Below are positions 1-12,264 of a stretch of 64,000 nt of DNA, in pieces (within the stretch, counting starts at the first letter, position 1; the number at the start of each line of letters is the position of its first letter). The notes under the pieces were generated by a model. The model saw nothing but the letters and a program-made list of their open reading frames with translations, was not told the DNA's origin and made no database searches. Origin of the DNA: Octopus vulgaris (lineage: Eukaryota); NCBI GenBank assembly GCA_951406725.2, contig OX597821.1:67456001-67520000 (forward strand), read 5' to 3'. The position numbers and the translations under genes are program-made.

Positions 1-140
1 CTTACACATATCGGCACACGTTTTACTAATTTGATATATGTAGACTACAGAGTTCTGTTAATAAGTACGTGGCTATGTTGTTGATGACTTTTCAAAAAAC
101 GCTGCACCTTGCATAGCCATAGATAATTCTCTTGGTGTGT

Positions 141-209
141 GTGCGTATATATATATATATGCATACATTATATATATAGGCATATATATGCATATATGTA
201 TACGTACAC

Positions 210-261
<52 letters not shown>

Positions 262-540
262 GCATGCATGTGTGGATGTATGTGTGTGTGAATGTTTTTA
301 CATAGATATTTATGTATTTACATAATATATACGCAAAGATAATTATACATATATGAATATGTATATACACATCATGTATATATATCTATATATATGTGAT
401 ATATTCATGAACATATGGATATATATGTATATATTTGTGTGTGTGCGTGTGTGTGTGCGTGTGTGTGTGTGTGTGTATGTGTGTGTGATATAAGCATGAA
501 CATATGGATATATATATATACATATATATATATACACGTA
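141..540. repeat. (TA)n/(TG)n compound microsatellite
   Basis: Visible dinucleotide runs; the overlapping ORFs are YI/HT repeats. Confidence 0.9.
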
Positions 541-2411
541 TATGCAATCATTCGCTTATATGCGCATATACCACCATATAATGGATACTAGTAACTTCAC
601 CCCTCCCCTCTGTTTCACAATAAATTAATTATAATGCAAGATGCACAAGAATTATGGAAGCGGCAGATGTTCTATGTTGTCTCGCATGCTTGTTCTTCAG
701 ACGGTTCAGTGAGATACTAATTTCAACAAATAACATTTTTGTTCTGCATTTAAATAAGAGTCACTTAAGCTGTACCATATGTTAACTCATAATTTAGTTC
801 ATAATGAACACAATACAAATATATCGTTTACAGCAACACATTAACTGTGAGATATATAAGCATATGGTGTAGTTTCTGAAGAATAGCATTGTAATATCAT
901 TTTACACTGCTGTATTAAACGGAACACAACAACAATCTTTCCTACGTGGCGCAGAGTCATCAACTATATCTAATAAAACAGTCCTTGGACGAAAATTGTA
1001 TGCACATTTTGTTTTGACGGTTAATGGCGCCCAAACAGGGGCTGAGATCGAGCTGAAAATTGACAGGGATACTAAATGCGTGGTGAGGATGAGACCCGCG
1101 ATGGTTAAAATTCGCAAGCTATAAAGATGTGGTCGCTATGGCAAAAAGAGTGATTTTTAATCGATTCAAGGGGGCCCAGAACCCCTCTAGGTTTGTGCGA
1201 TTGGCTTTTAATGCCCAGCGGCATGCAATGCAGGCTGTTGTGCTTAATAAACATACATTTTGTCACGAAATTCCGGCTACTAGGAAACGATTTTTCATTG
1301 TGAAAAAATCAGTGCTTTTTGCCCTAATTTTCTTTTTAATCTTTTCCATAAATCAACTATTGTAAAATTTTTCTACCATGACCTCACATTTTCTACGTAT
1401 GTGTGTGTACCTTAAAAGACCTAATTAGACAGAGGGCCAATAGAATTGAATAGACCGGCTGCTGGTCAAGATGTTCCTATAACTCAAATGTTCCTCATTC
1501 CCTTCGATACAATCTACATGTTTAAGTGGCTTTAATTTCCTATCAAACTCTCCTTTGCAATGACAATAGATAAGGCACAGAGTCAATCATTGCAAATAAT
1601 TTCATGAAATTGTCCATGCATTCTTTTCATTATCCCCTATTTTCAGTTTCATTCATTCTCAAGTTCTTGTACAGTGTCTGACCTTTTGTATAAGGTATAC
1701 GCTCAGTATAACGTTGAGATTACATGTGACTCTCTTCGACGTCATTCAATTTCTTAGGAAAAGCAGCCAAATCTCACATAAATAACCGATTTTCTTAGAC
1801 AATTATACCTAACTTTACATTATGTATATTGCTTCACTGTAAATCTTTGAACCATGATCTACTGTCAGTGCAGGCGTTGGGATAAACAACTATATCAACT
1901 TGATGAAGTGTATATACATTTTACAAGACATATATATTTGAAGAATTGTATATAAGTTTTACAAGACGTATACACTCAAGAAACTTTTTATTTGACAGAT
2001 GACATAAATGATTTTGTTTATAGCTTACTCTATTACCACGAGACTTAGATTTTACTTAGACTTGAGCTGTTAAACGAAATGCTACAATTAAATACGGGAT
2101 TAACATTTAGATATTACATGTCGGAGCAATCGTCGCCAAGTGCTACTATTTCCTCTTAGTTCAAATCTCGTCGTAACAATGTAATTAAATGTCGCATTGT
2201 CTGAATCATGATTTTAGTAGACCAATCAAAAACACCACAGTAGTCAATATATGATGTACTGTTTGTTTATACATCAATATTTTATTGAAACTGAGAAAGG
2301 AGTGACTAATGATTTAATACATTGTCTTTTTTTCGGGAAGACCTTCAGATTAGCAACCAAAATCCTCGACATACAGGATATATGTGTCTGTAGGTATGTA
2401 TGTAAGTCTAT

Positions 2412-2706
2412 ATACTCTTTTACTATTTTCCTTGTTGCAATCACTTGACTGTGGCCATGCTGGAGCACCGCCTTTTAGTCGAGAAAATCGACCTCAGGAC
2501 TTATTCTTTGTAAGCTTAGTACTTATTATGTCGGTCTCTTTGCCGAACCGCTAAGTTACGGGGACGTAAACACACCACCATCGGTTGCCAAGCGATGTTG
2601 GGGACAAACACAGACATACAAACAAGTACACACACATACATACATATATATATATATATTTACTTACATATATTTATATATATATATTTACATATATATA
2701 TATATA

Positions 2707-2774
<68 letters not shown>

Positions 2775-2942
2775 CATACATACGACGGGCTTCAGTTTCT
2801 GTCTACCAAATCCACTCACAAAGCTTTGGTCGGCTCGAGGCTATAGTAGAAGACACTAGCCCGAGGTGCCACGCAGTGGGACTGAACCCGGAACCATGTG
2901 GTTCGTAAGCAAGCTACTTACCACAGAGGCACTCCTACGCCT
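2412..2942 (-). mobile_element. tRNA-derived SINE, family A (head GGCGCAGGAGTGGCTGTGTGGTAAG, internal TA/TG microsatellite, tail ...GACTGAAACAAGTAAAAGAG)
   Basis: Reverse complement of 3511-3920; about 11 copies in the window; A/B-box-like head. Confidence 0.9.
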
Positions 2943-3103
2943 ATATGTATATACTTCTATATGTATACATATATGTACAGATACACACACACACTCAAAC
3001 AGGCATATATATATATATAATAAAATACACACACATATATACACATATATACACACACCTATAGATATATGTATATATGTATAGATATAAGTATATGTAT
3101 ATG

Positions 3104-3191
<88 letters not shown>

Positions 3192-3510
3192 AACACATAT
3201 ATATATGTTAAATTTTTATTAATCACCACAATTGTTTTGACGCATCTCGCATCCACCCTTCACGAGTGGAGTAATTAACATCTTGTTCAGGAGTATCCCA
3301 CAGTGAAGGTATGTCTCCTAGGGTGGTAAATAGATACAACTCGTTAAAATAAGAGTTTCGGAATATATCTTCTGATTTCGCGTAAAGAAGAGCAAACATT
3401 CAGAGATGTAGCTTCATTTATATAGAAGATCTGTAATAAAATAATAGTTGCAAAAAAAGAAACGAACACGCAATACAGCGAGAAAAGTATTTAAAAAATA
3501 TATACGCGTA

Positions 3511-3680
3511 TAGGCGCAGGAGTGGCTGTGTGTTTCGTAGCTTGCTTACCAACCACATGTTACCGGCTTCAGTCCCACGGTGTGGCACCTTGGGCAAGTG
3601 TCTTCTAATATAGCCTCGGGCCGACCAAAGACTTACGAAAAGGCAGACGGAAACTGAAGGAAGCCTGTCGTATCTATATA

Positions 3681-3725
<45 letters not shown>

Positions 3726-3920
3726 GTGTTTGTCCCCTCATCATCGCTTAACTTCTGACGTTGGTGTTTATACGTCCGCGTAACTTAGCGGTTCGGCAAA
3801 AGAGACTGATGGAATAAGTACTACGCTTACAAAGAATAAGTTCTGAGGCCGATCTGTTCGACTAAAGGCGGTGCTCCAGCATGGCGGTAGTCAAATGACT
3901 GAAACAAGTAATAGAATAAA
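3511..3920 (+). mobile_element. SINE family A, full length
   Basis: taggcgcaggagtggctgtg...cttgggcaagtgtctt...gtgctccagcatggcgg...gactgaaacaagt. Confidence 0.9.
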
Positions 3921-4012
3921 GCAGTAAACGAACTATGTACGTATGTATGTATGTATATATATATATATATATATATGTGCACACACACAGAGGATATATG
4001 TGTGTATGTATG

Positions 4013-5160
4013 TAATCATTCAGTTTTATTTCAAGATTGCTTGCCAATGGGGTATTTTTGTTTGTATGTATGTATGTATGTATGCATGTATGTATGTACG
4101 TATGTACGTAGGTAGGTATGTTTTATGAAGGTGGCGAGCTGGCAGAATCGTTAGCACGCCGGGAGAAATGCGTAGCCGTAGTTCGTCTGCCGTTACGTTC
4201 TGAGTTCAAATTCCGCCGAGGTCGACTTTGCCTTTCATCCTTTCGAGGTCGATAAATTAAGTACCAGTTACGCACTGGGGTCGATGTAATCGACTTAATC
4301 CGTGTGTCTGTCCTTGTTTGTCTCCTCTGTGTTTAGCCCCTTGAGGGTAGTAAAATAAATAGGTAGGTATGTTTTATGTATGTATTCTTTTGCATATAGT
4401 TGCTTTTCTAGACATTCTCATATATAATTCCATGAGAAACCTCTGGTTTTACAGAATTTTAAAGTTACAGTGAAGGATTGAATCTGTAGTCTTTAATTAG
4501 CTTTCTGATTTCTGGTTTTGAGAAGCCTAATTTCTCATGCCAGTGCTCCAATAATTACAGGTATAAATCCGAACTTGTAATCTGGATAGAGTAACTGCAA
4601 ATTTCTCAATAGTTCAGCGTAGGTATTCTCTTTTTCACTGGCCTTCATATTTATGTTAATATCCGCTTGACAGCTTCTTTTCACAACTGTGCAGTTTCTC
4701 TTCTCCATCCGAAATTATTATAGCAGGTCTGTTGTGCTTACATTTTATTCAGGACTTCACTGGTAATTTCTTCACTATTCCTTTTTTTTTATTATGAGTG
4801 ACTATTGCCTCTACCATATTGTGGGTTCATATTTCTTTGTCCTCAGGATTATCCTTCCGACGGATTTCATTATAGAGTACCCTGTCTACGTCATGTCTCA
4901 CCAGTAGATAATACCATGATGACGTTTTCGGACAACTGCTTACGATGTGCATGACACCTTCAGTGTGAACTCCACAAAGTCTGCATCAGCTGTCACATTT
5001 TACGGCTTTTCCTGCCTCTCTATCCCTTGGTTGATATTTCCTGTTCCTGGATTGCAAATGCATACCCTTCAAAGTGAGAGGCCGTAATCCGGCTATTGGT
5101 CCATGATAAACTGCTTTGATGATCGATGTTACTATCATCACGGAGCTTTCTACTGACATA
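4013..5160 (-). mobile_element. 3' fragment of R4/Dong-like non-LTR retrotransposon (zinc knuckle, RLE endonuclease, 3' UTR), degraded
   Basis: Minus strand reads FEGYAFAIQEQE, CRLCGVHTEGVMHIVSSC and NRPAII; 3' UTR shared with 10737-11272 and 27380-27712; bounded by (TATG)n. Confidence 0.8.
4128..4359 (+). mobile_element. Meta-domain tRNA-derived SINE with 19-bp TSD
   Basis: Head ggcgagctggcagaatcgttagc, B box gagttcaaattcc, core gcctttcatcctttcgaggtcgataaattaagtacc; TSD TAGGTAGGTATGTTTTATG at 4109-4127 and 4360-4378. Confidence 0.9.
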
Positions 5161-5522
5161 TCCATATATATATATATATGTATGTATGTATGTATATATG
5201 TATGTATGTGTATGTATGTATGTATGTATGTATGTATGTATGTATGTATGTATGTATGTACGTACGAACGTATCTACAAGACACCATAATGAAGAACTGA
5301 GAACTTCCTATGTCCGGTATGACGTCTTGATTATACACTCTGTATGCTAAACGAAAGGAAGCGAACTCAAGTTTCGTTATCGAAATGAAGAACAGTTTAA
5401 TTGTTTATCTTATACGTTTCTGAATGCTTCCTAACATTTTACGTGGTTAACCAGATATCTGAATTGTATCGGGATTCTGATAAGGAACCAAACAGATTTT
5501 AATTCCCTACTCCACTACGTGA

Positions 5523-6040
5523 TACGAGCTCTGATGTCATAGTAACGAATCTAAAGCACTCAGAGTAAAACTGCTTTGCACAGATTGACCACAACCTCTG
5601 TTCTGCATGCGCACTAAGTTGTAAGGTTCTAGCTCACTTCCGCTGTTTACAGCAGTGCTTGGAAGAAAGGTGTGTAGCGTGTGATCACGGCATTGTCCAT
5701 GACAGAGAAAGTTGCCATGGCGATACCTGCTCAGAGCCCTATGCAAAGTTACAGAAAGCATATGTAGAGGAGCATATGAGACGCACACAAGTGTACGACT
5801 GGTTCAGACGTTTCCAAGATGACCGAAAAAATGTCTATAGTGACGAACGTTCAGGGAAACCAGAAACCAGCAGAACTGAGTAAGATATCACTGTTGTGCG
5901 TGCAACTGTGAGAGATCATCGAATCACCATCCGGGAGTTATCAGATTAGTTACAGTTCAGTTAAGACCATTATCATTGAAGATTTTGGTATGAGACGCTT
6001 GTCTGCCAAGTTAGTGCCAAAACTGCTTTCAGCTGACCAG
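5523..6040 (+). mobile_element. Mariner transposon 5' fragment (transposase N-terminal HTH pseudogene)
   Basis: TA+CGAG TIR-like start; ORF 5659-5883 QVYDWFRRFQDDRKNVYSDERSGKPETS, followed by RITIRELS and MRRLSAKLVPKLLS. Confidence 0.85.
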
Positions 6041-6283
6041 ACAGAAACTAATAAACAATCAGTTAGTTAACCAACCTAACAAACAATCAGTTTGTAAGTT
6101 GGATATTTAACCAATTCACTAATAATAAAGGAGTGAATATAACCAGTGCGTGTATTAATAATATTGGCATAATTACTCTCCCTAGACAGAACAAAATTTA
6201 TTTCAACAGATATTTGCAAACCAGATACAAAATCGAAGTGTGTTTGTGTGTATGTGAATGTACATATACGTATAAATAAATAA

Positions 6284-6323
<40 letters not shown>

Positions 6324-6333
<10 letters not shown>

Positions 6334-6600
6334 ATATTTCGGAATGGTCATTTTGCCAGTTTAGCCAATAAAAACACACGCACTATATATTTGGTGATAT
6401 TTTGCTTCATTGTTATTTATTTTTTACATTAATCTTAATCTTATTTCGGCCAGAGTTCTTTCGTCACACTCCTGTGACCGCATCAGTGGTCCTTTGTTTT
6501 TATTCATTGGCTAAACTGGCAAAATGACCATTCCGAAATATAACAATATATGTTTTTCAACACACGACTTCACATAAAAAATCTTGCACAACAAATATAT
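6324..6600. mobile_element. Penelope-like terminus with inverted terminal copy and degenerate HHR-like motif (- strand)
   Basis: About 45-bp inverted arms (6324-6369 / 6506-6551); minus strand CTGATGC-GGTCA...TGGCC-GAAA; between (TA)n tracts; related to 28610-28800 and 51100-51460. Confidence 0.6.
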
Positions 6601-6629
6601 ATATATATATATATACAAACACACACAAG

Positions 6630-6780
6630 ATCGCCTTCTTCACACAGTTTTCCTACACCAAATTTACTGCCAAAGTATTGATAAGTATGGAGCTGCAGTA
6701 GGAGACACTTGCCCAGAGTGAAACACGGTGGAACTGAACCGAAATCACGGACTTTCGAAGCGAGCTTCTTAAACAACCAC
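6630..6780 (-). mobile_element. Old SINE family A 5' fragment
   Basis: gacacttgccc...gaactgaaccg similarity to family A. Confidence 0.6.
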
Positions 6781-7444
6781 CAGTAATCTTGTACATAATC
6801 TTACTGTCAACAGCACAGTTTGACGAACATTTATTTTGTCATCTTTGCAGTCATCAGCACATAAGAGAAACTAACGCAGCAGAATGGATCACAATATCTT
6901 CGCCATATATTTATCTCTCTTCATTGAAGCTATAATTCTTCTTGAGATCTGTTTACCGTTTATATAAACCGTTCTAATTTGCATTTCATTACTACGATGA
7001 CTGCTAACATTTTAATTTGTGGATCAACGAATTAATTGCCCATTCGTTGACCCTAGCCGACCTCATCTTGGTTTGATGAAGCAAATAGCGCAAGTAATAA
7101 ACACTGCTGGCAGGATCGATCTGTCTGTCTAAAACACGGCCCTAATGGGAATCGAAATGCCTTAATGGAGCAAAGGGCAGCATTACTGAACTTTTAAATG
7201 AAAATAAAGGAGATAAAAGGTGATTGTAATAGCAGATATAGTATTGTGATATATTAAATGTTGATACTATTCTGAAGTAGCATTAATATAATATACTGGC
7301 CGACAGAAATGCAAGAACAAGTCGGCCATTGAATATAAACGAACAAATATACTTTGTATTGTTTATATATTCGGGGGCGGGGGGGCTTTCTATACACACA
7401 TACGCACACAAACCTATACATACATACACACAAATATTATGCAT

Positions 7445-7583
<139 letters not shown>

Positions 7584-8822
7584 CAGATTAATGGATAGAG
7601 ATTATAGATATGGACGTATGTACATATAGGTGTGCAAATATGTGCGTATATCTATATGATTCTTATATACACGCGCATGCACGCAAACATATATTTACGA
7701 ATGTGTGCATCTCTCTGTCTCTGTATCTTTCTGCCTCTTTTTTTCTCTCTCCCCCACACACATTCACATTTATACACTATATATACATATATACACACAC
7801 ACACACAATTATATACTAATATATATGTGTGTATCATACAAGTATATTTATATGTATGTTTATATGTTTGTGCTAATATGTACGTACGTATGTAAGTGCG
7901 CTCACATGTGTGTTAATATGTATGTAAGTATGTGTGTGTATGTATGTGTCTATATATGCATGTATGTATGTAGCTAGGTATGAGTGTGATTATGTATCAG
8001 ATGAACGATGGCTTTTCAATGACTGTGAAACATCATTAATCAAGGTGACCAGAAAGTGTGATAGAATCAGTAAATTATTGAAAGGTGATAAATGGGAGGG
8101 ACGTATATTCGCTTGTATATACTTCTATATGTTGATGATCATCATATTGTATTGGGTTCTACTACCGTTGATTAATATGCCATGATCCAATGACGCTGAA
8201 TAGCCAATTAAACCAGTAAATAATTATATTTTCACAGAAATCGTATCTAAAGTAATTTTTGCAATCTGCTATTCTGTCACTTTGTCCTGTTTGTCGGTAT
8301 GTCGGTTGGCCGATCAATCTATCTTTATTTTTACTCACCGTTATATTGTCCGATATTGCCATTCTCTATGGAGATGTTGGAAATATTAGACGTGTATATG
8401 TTTGTGAAATGGATGGCAGTTTGCTGGGAAGGATGTATGTGTGGGATAGGCCATAAATAGATAAAGCATATGCAAGTAACTACACCTATAGAAAGGTCCA
8501 TGTTTCTGAGAGCCGAAGTATGTATGTATGTATGTATGTATGTATGCATCGGTGCGTATGTTAGACTGTGTGTATGTCTAAATGTTTATGATAATGTCTC
8601 TATGAGCATGGAAAATAAATTTGGAGATACTATAAATCATTTCTAAATGGTGTTATACAGAGAAAATCCCGTTAATGGCGCAAATCATCCTATACATACG
8701 CACAGTCGTCCACACATGTATGTATGTGTGCGTGTGCAAGTATATATGTATGTGTGCGTGTGTGTATGAATACATACATATATATATATATATAAGTAGC
8801 TAGATACATAGATACATATATA

Positions 8823-9692
8823 CGAGGTGGGTATCCAGAAATAACCGGAAACATTCTCTTTGGGACAAGCCCGTCGTAGTTCAGGTTTCCGTCGCCAGAG
8901 GCCACTTGCTGCGACCGTCGGGTATTAATCTGCCGACCGGCGTTGTTCGGTGTGGTCATACTGCCATTGGTGAATTTTTATTTTTCTGTTCTATTCTCCT
9001 GTTCGTCGATTTTGGCGATGGCTGAAACAAAGAAGCAGAGCGCTTCCTTGAAATTTTGTTTTCTGCCGCGGAAAACGGCGACCGAGACAGTTGTGAATCG
9101 AAATGCTGACAAGATCGCTGCCATGAGCAAAACATGTTTACAAGTTGTTTCACGCTTTAGGAATGGTTACCTGTCGCTTGAGGATCGACCTCGTTCAGGG
9201 CAAACGTCGACATCCCAAACGTATGAAAACATCATGGAAATCTGTGAAATGACCTTACAGGACTGCCATCGAACAATTGACGAACTTGTTGATATGACTG
9301 GTGTGTCCTGAAGCTCCTGCCAACGAAATTTGTGCAAGGAATTGCAAGTGAAAAGAGTTGCAACAAAATTCGCTTGCTCACGGAAGACCAAAAACAGGCA
9401 CGACTGAATGCGTGTCGTGAACTGAAAGAACAACTGGAAGTTGATACAGGCCCTTTTTTCAAGCTGGTTCTAAGAAATTAGATGTGTGCGAGAGGGGGAG
9501 TAAAAACGACGGGGGCTTTAAAAGGCATCAATTCGCAGGATTTCCAACTCTGCTCCGAACAGTGGAAAACGCAACTGGACCGAAGCATAGCTTCGAATGA
9601 ATAATACTTTGAAGGCGGTAAAAGTGTAAGCATATAAAACTAAGTGAATAAAATTACATTGCAAAATTCCGGGTTCTTTTGGGTACCCTTCG
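8823..9692 (+). mobile_element. Internally deleted mariner transposon with both TIRs
   Basis: TIRs cgaggtgggtatccagaaataaccggaa / ttccgggttcttttgggtacccttcg; ORF from ATG 9018 MAETKKQSASLKFCF...LEDRPRSGQTSTS...TIDEL; most of the DDD domain deleted. Confidence 0.9.
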
Positions 9693-9702
9693 CAGATATA
9701 TA

Positions 9703-9865
9703 TAAAACTGGTTGATTCGGCTCCATGTGACGCAAGCTTCGCGGGCTTCCTGCAGAATCGTAGCTCGTTCAGTCTCAGACTACCCGTAATCTGAGCCTCA
9801 ACGAGCTAGGTTACTGTAAGAAGCCTGCGAAACTTTAAGTCGTGTGGCCGAATCTAACTGTTTTA
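9703..9865. mobile_element. Palindromic hairpin MITE-like element
   Basis: About 80-bp imperfect arms (taaaac..gattcggc..ttcgcgggcttc..ctcagactac / gtaatctgag..gaagcctgcgaa..gccgaatc..gtttta); TA-bounded. Confidence 0.7.
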
Positions 9866-9972
9866 AATAACATGTAATTCCTATCAGATGTGTTGAAAGA
9901 CCTTTTTTTCCATTTATCCCCTCACTCTCATATATATGTGTGTGTGAATGTGTGTGTGTTTGTGTGCATACG

Positions 9973-10020
<48 letters not shown>

Positions 10021-10131
10021 TATGTGTGCGGTGTGTTTGTGTCTGTCTATATGTGTATATGTGTATATGTGTATATGTGCATATATGTATATGCGTATAT
10101 ATGTATGTGTGTATATATGTATATGTGTAGG

Positions 10132-10199
<68 letters not shown>

Positions 10200-10736
10200 C
10201 AGATATTGTTTTCGATCTTAGTTTTGCCATGACATGGTTTTTCAGGTAATGTGAGCTAAGTTCTATTATTCAGCCTTCATAGCTTGATTGTCTAAAAAAG
10301 AATGAAATTATACTGTCGTTTACTATAGTCGTGCGTGTCCGTGTTGGAGACGTGAGTTGTCACTCGTAGGTACTCATGTAATTTCTGAAAGTGTACATTG
10401 CTTAACGCAGTTCGATATTTGTAGCTCTATTAAAACGTGCACTCCTGTGTCTGTATTTTACTTTCAACAATATAATGTGCATATGTATTTCCTTGTTTCT
10501 ATTATAACATGGGCATATGTGCGTTTGTGAATGTGTGTGCGCCAGAGCTTTAGTAGGAACAGTTTGATGTATATCTCCCCTACTCTATTGAAATATGTGT
10601 CTGTAGCCCATGCCTTTGTATACACGGTTTGATTTCAGCGTTTCTGTGGGTCAGTTGTATTTTATGTATCTGCGGGTTATTATAAACCCATTTGCTTGCT
10701 CCATGCTATACTATACATATATAGTATGAACCTATG

Positions 10737-11272
10737 GCCGGATTACTACCTCTCTGAAGAGTATGCGTTTCAAATCCAAGAACAGAAAATATCAACCAAA
10801 TACCTGATGCACAAAGGGGATTGAGAGGCAGGAAAACCAGTAAAATGTGACAATTGATGCAGTCTTTGTGGCTGAACTACTGAGAAATTTTCAATTACTC
10901 TATCCAGATTACAAGTTCAGGTTTATACCTGTAAGTATAGGAGCCCTGGGATATATAACACACAGCCTAAATACAAATCTTGAGAAGATAGGCTTCTCAA
11001 AAGCAGAAAGGAGAAAGCTAAAAATCTGTAAAACTTTCCAGAAGTTTATCGCTGAACTGTATATGAGCATGTCTACATATGCAACTATATACATGAGAAT
11101 ATATATAAACCAAGCATACAAATCTGCACATATGCATGCGTGTATACATTCATACATACAAACAAAAATACCCTGTTGCTGATGTTGAAATTCCAATGAA
11201 GGACCCTTGGATCTAGGCTAGAAACCGGCTCTTTCTCTATGTGCAAGAAATCTTGAAATAAAACTGAATAAT
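10737..11272 (+). mobile_element. R4/Dong-like LINE 3' fragment with internal deletion
   Basis: AFQIQEQKISTKYL, then ELLRNFQLLYPDYKFRFIPVSIGALG; 3' UTR runs into (CATC)n(CATA)n. Confidence 0.8.
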
Positions 11273-12099
11273 TACATCCATCCATCCATCCATCCATCCA
11301 TCCATCCATACATACATACATGCATGCATGCATACATACATACATACATACATACATACATACATACATACATACATACATACATACATACATGCAAAAA
11401 ATATATGCATGTCTCAAAATCTAATGCTATATGCGTCCGGATGTTTGATATGACATCGTGATGCATTTCAAGGTATTTTATTTCACAAAAGCGACATTTT
11501 TCGCTAGTTCTCCTATTTATAGAAAATCTGCTTTCCCTTGATTTAGCATTTTGATGTCAGAAGATGAATCTGCTTAACAAGATGTAGCCTAATGAGAATT
11601 TCTATGAATATAATTAATCTAGTGAAATAGTTTTAAAAGTTATGGGAAGATGTATAAAAATATTCCTTTCTAGTGTTTTAAAAACGGGCAATTTTATGCA
11701 AACGAAAACATCTGATTTTGTTCAATTTAATTCGTTTAGAAAATCATAGAATATTTCGGAACGCAGAGAGTTACTCGGCCTTTATTGCTAATTAAAGGCT
11801 GAAATGTTATTTAAAAAAGAGAAGCATATTCGATTGCGATTTCATGTTTTTGCTGCTGGAATGCAGTAATGGTTTTCATGTAGTTCTGCACGGCTATTAT
11901 TTTTGTAATCACAATAATATCCAGAGGGGATCTGATTTCTACAAAAGAACATATTTTTTCTTTGTGGTCTCACAAAACGATATTCAGCCGGTTGAGTTAT
12001 AACTTGGTGGTAGTTTTAATTTTAAGGTTCCACCAATATCCTTTTGGCCTATCGGTCTCAATATCGTAAAGTTTGTCCGTAAGTATTTTCATGTATGTA

Positions 12100-12200
12100 T
12101 GTATGTCATTCTTCAGTTTAATTTCAAGATTTCTTACCAATAAAGAAAGAGCCAGTTTCTATCCTAGATCCAATGCTCCTTCATTGGAATTCCAACAGCA
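12100..12200 (-). mobile_element. R4/Dong-like 3' UTR remnant
   Basis: cagtttaatttcaagatttcttaccaat...cctagatccaa matches the 3' UTR at 11190-11270; abuts (TATG)n. Confidence 0.75.
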
Positions 12201-12264
12201 TCAACAGCTTACTTGTGCATGTACGTCTATACGTACCGTATTTGGAGTTAGTGCATGTGCTTTA

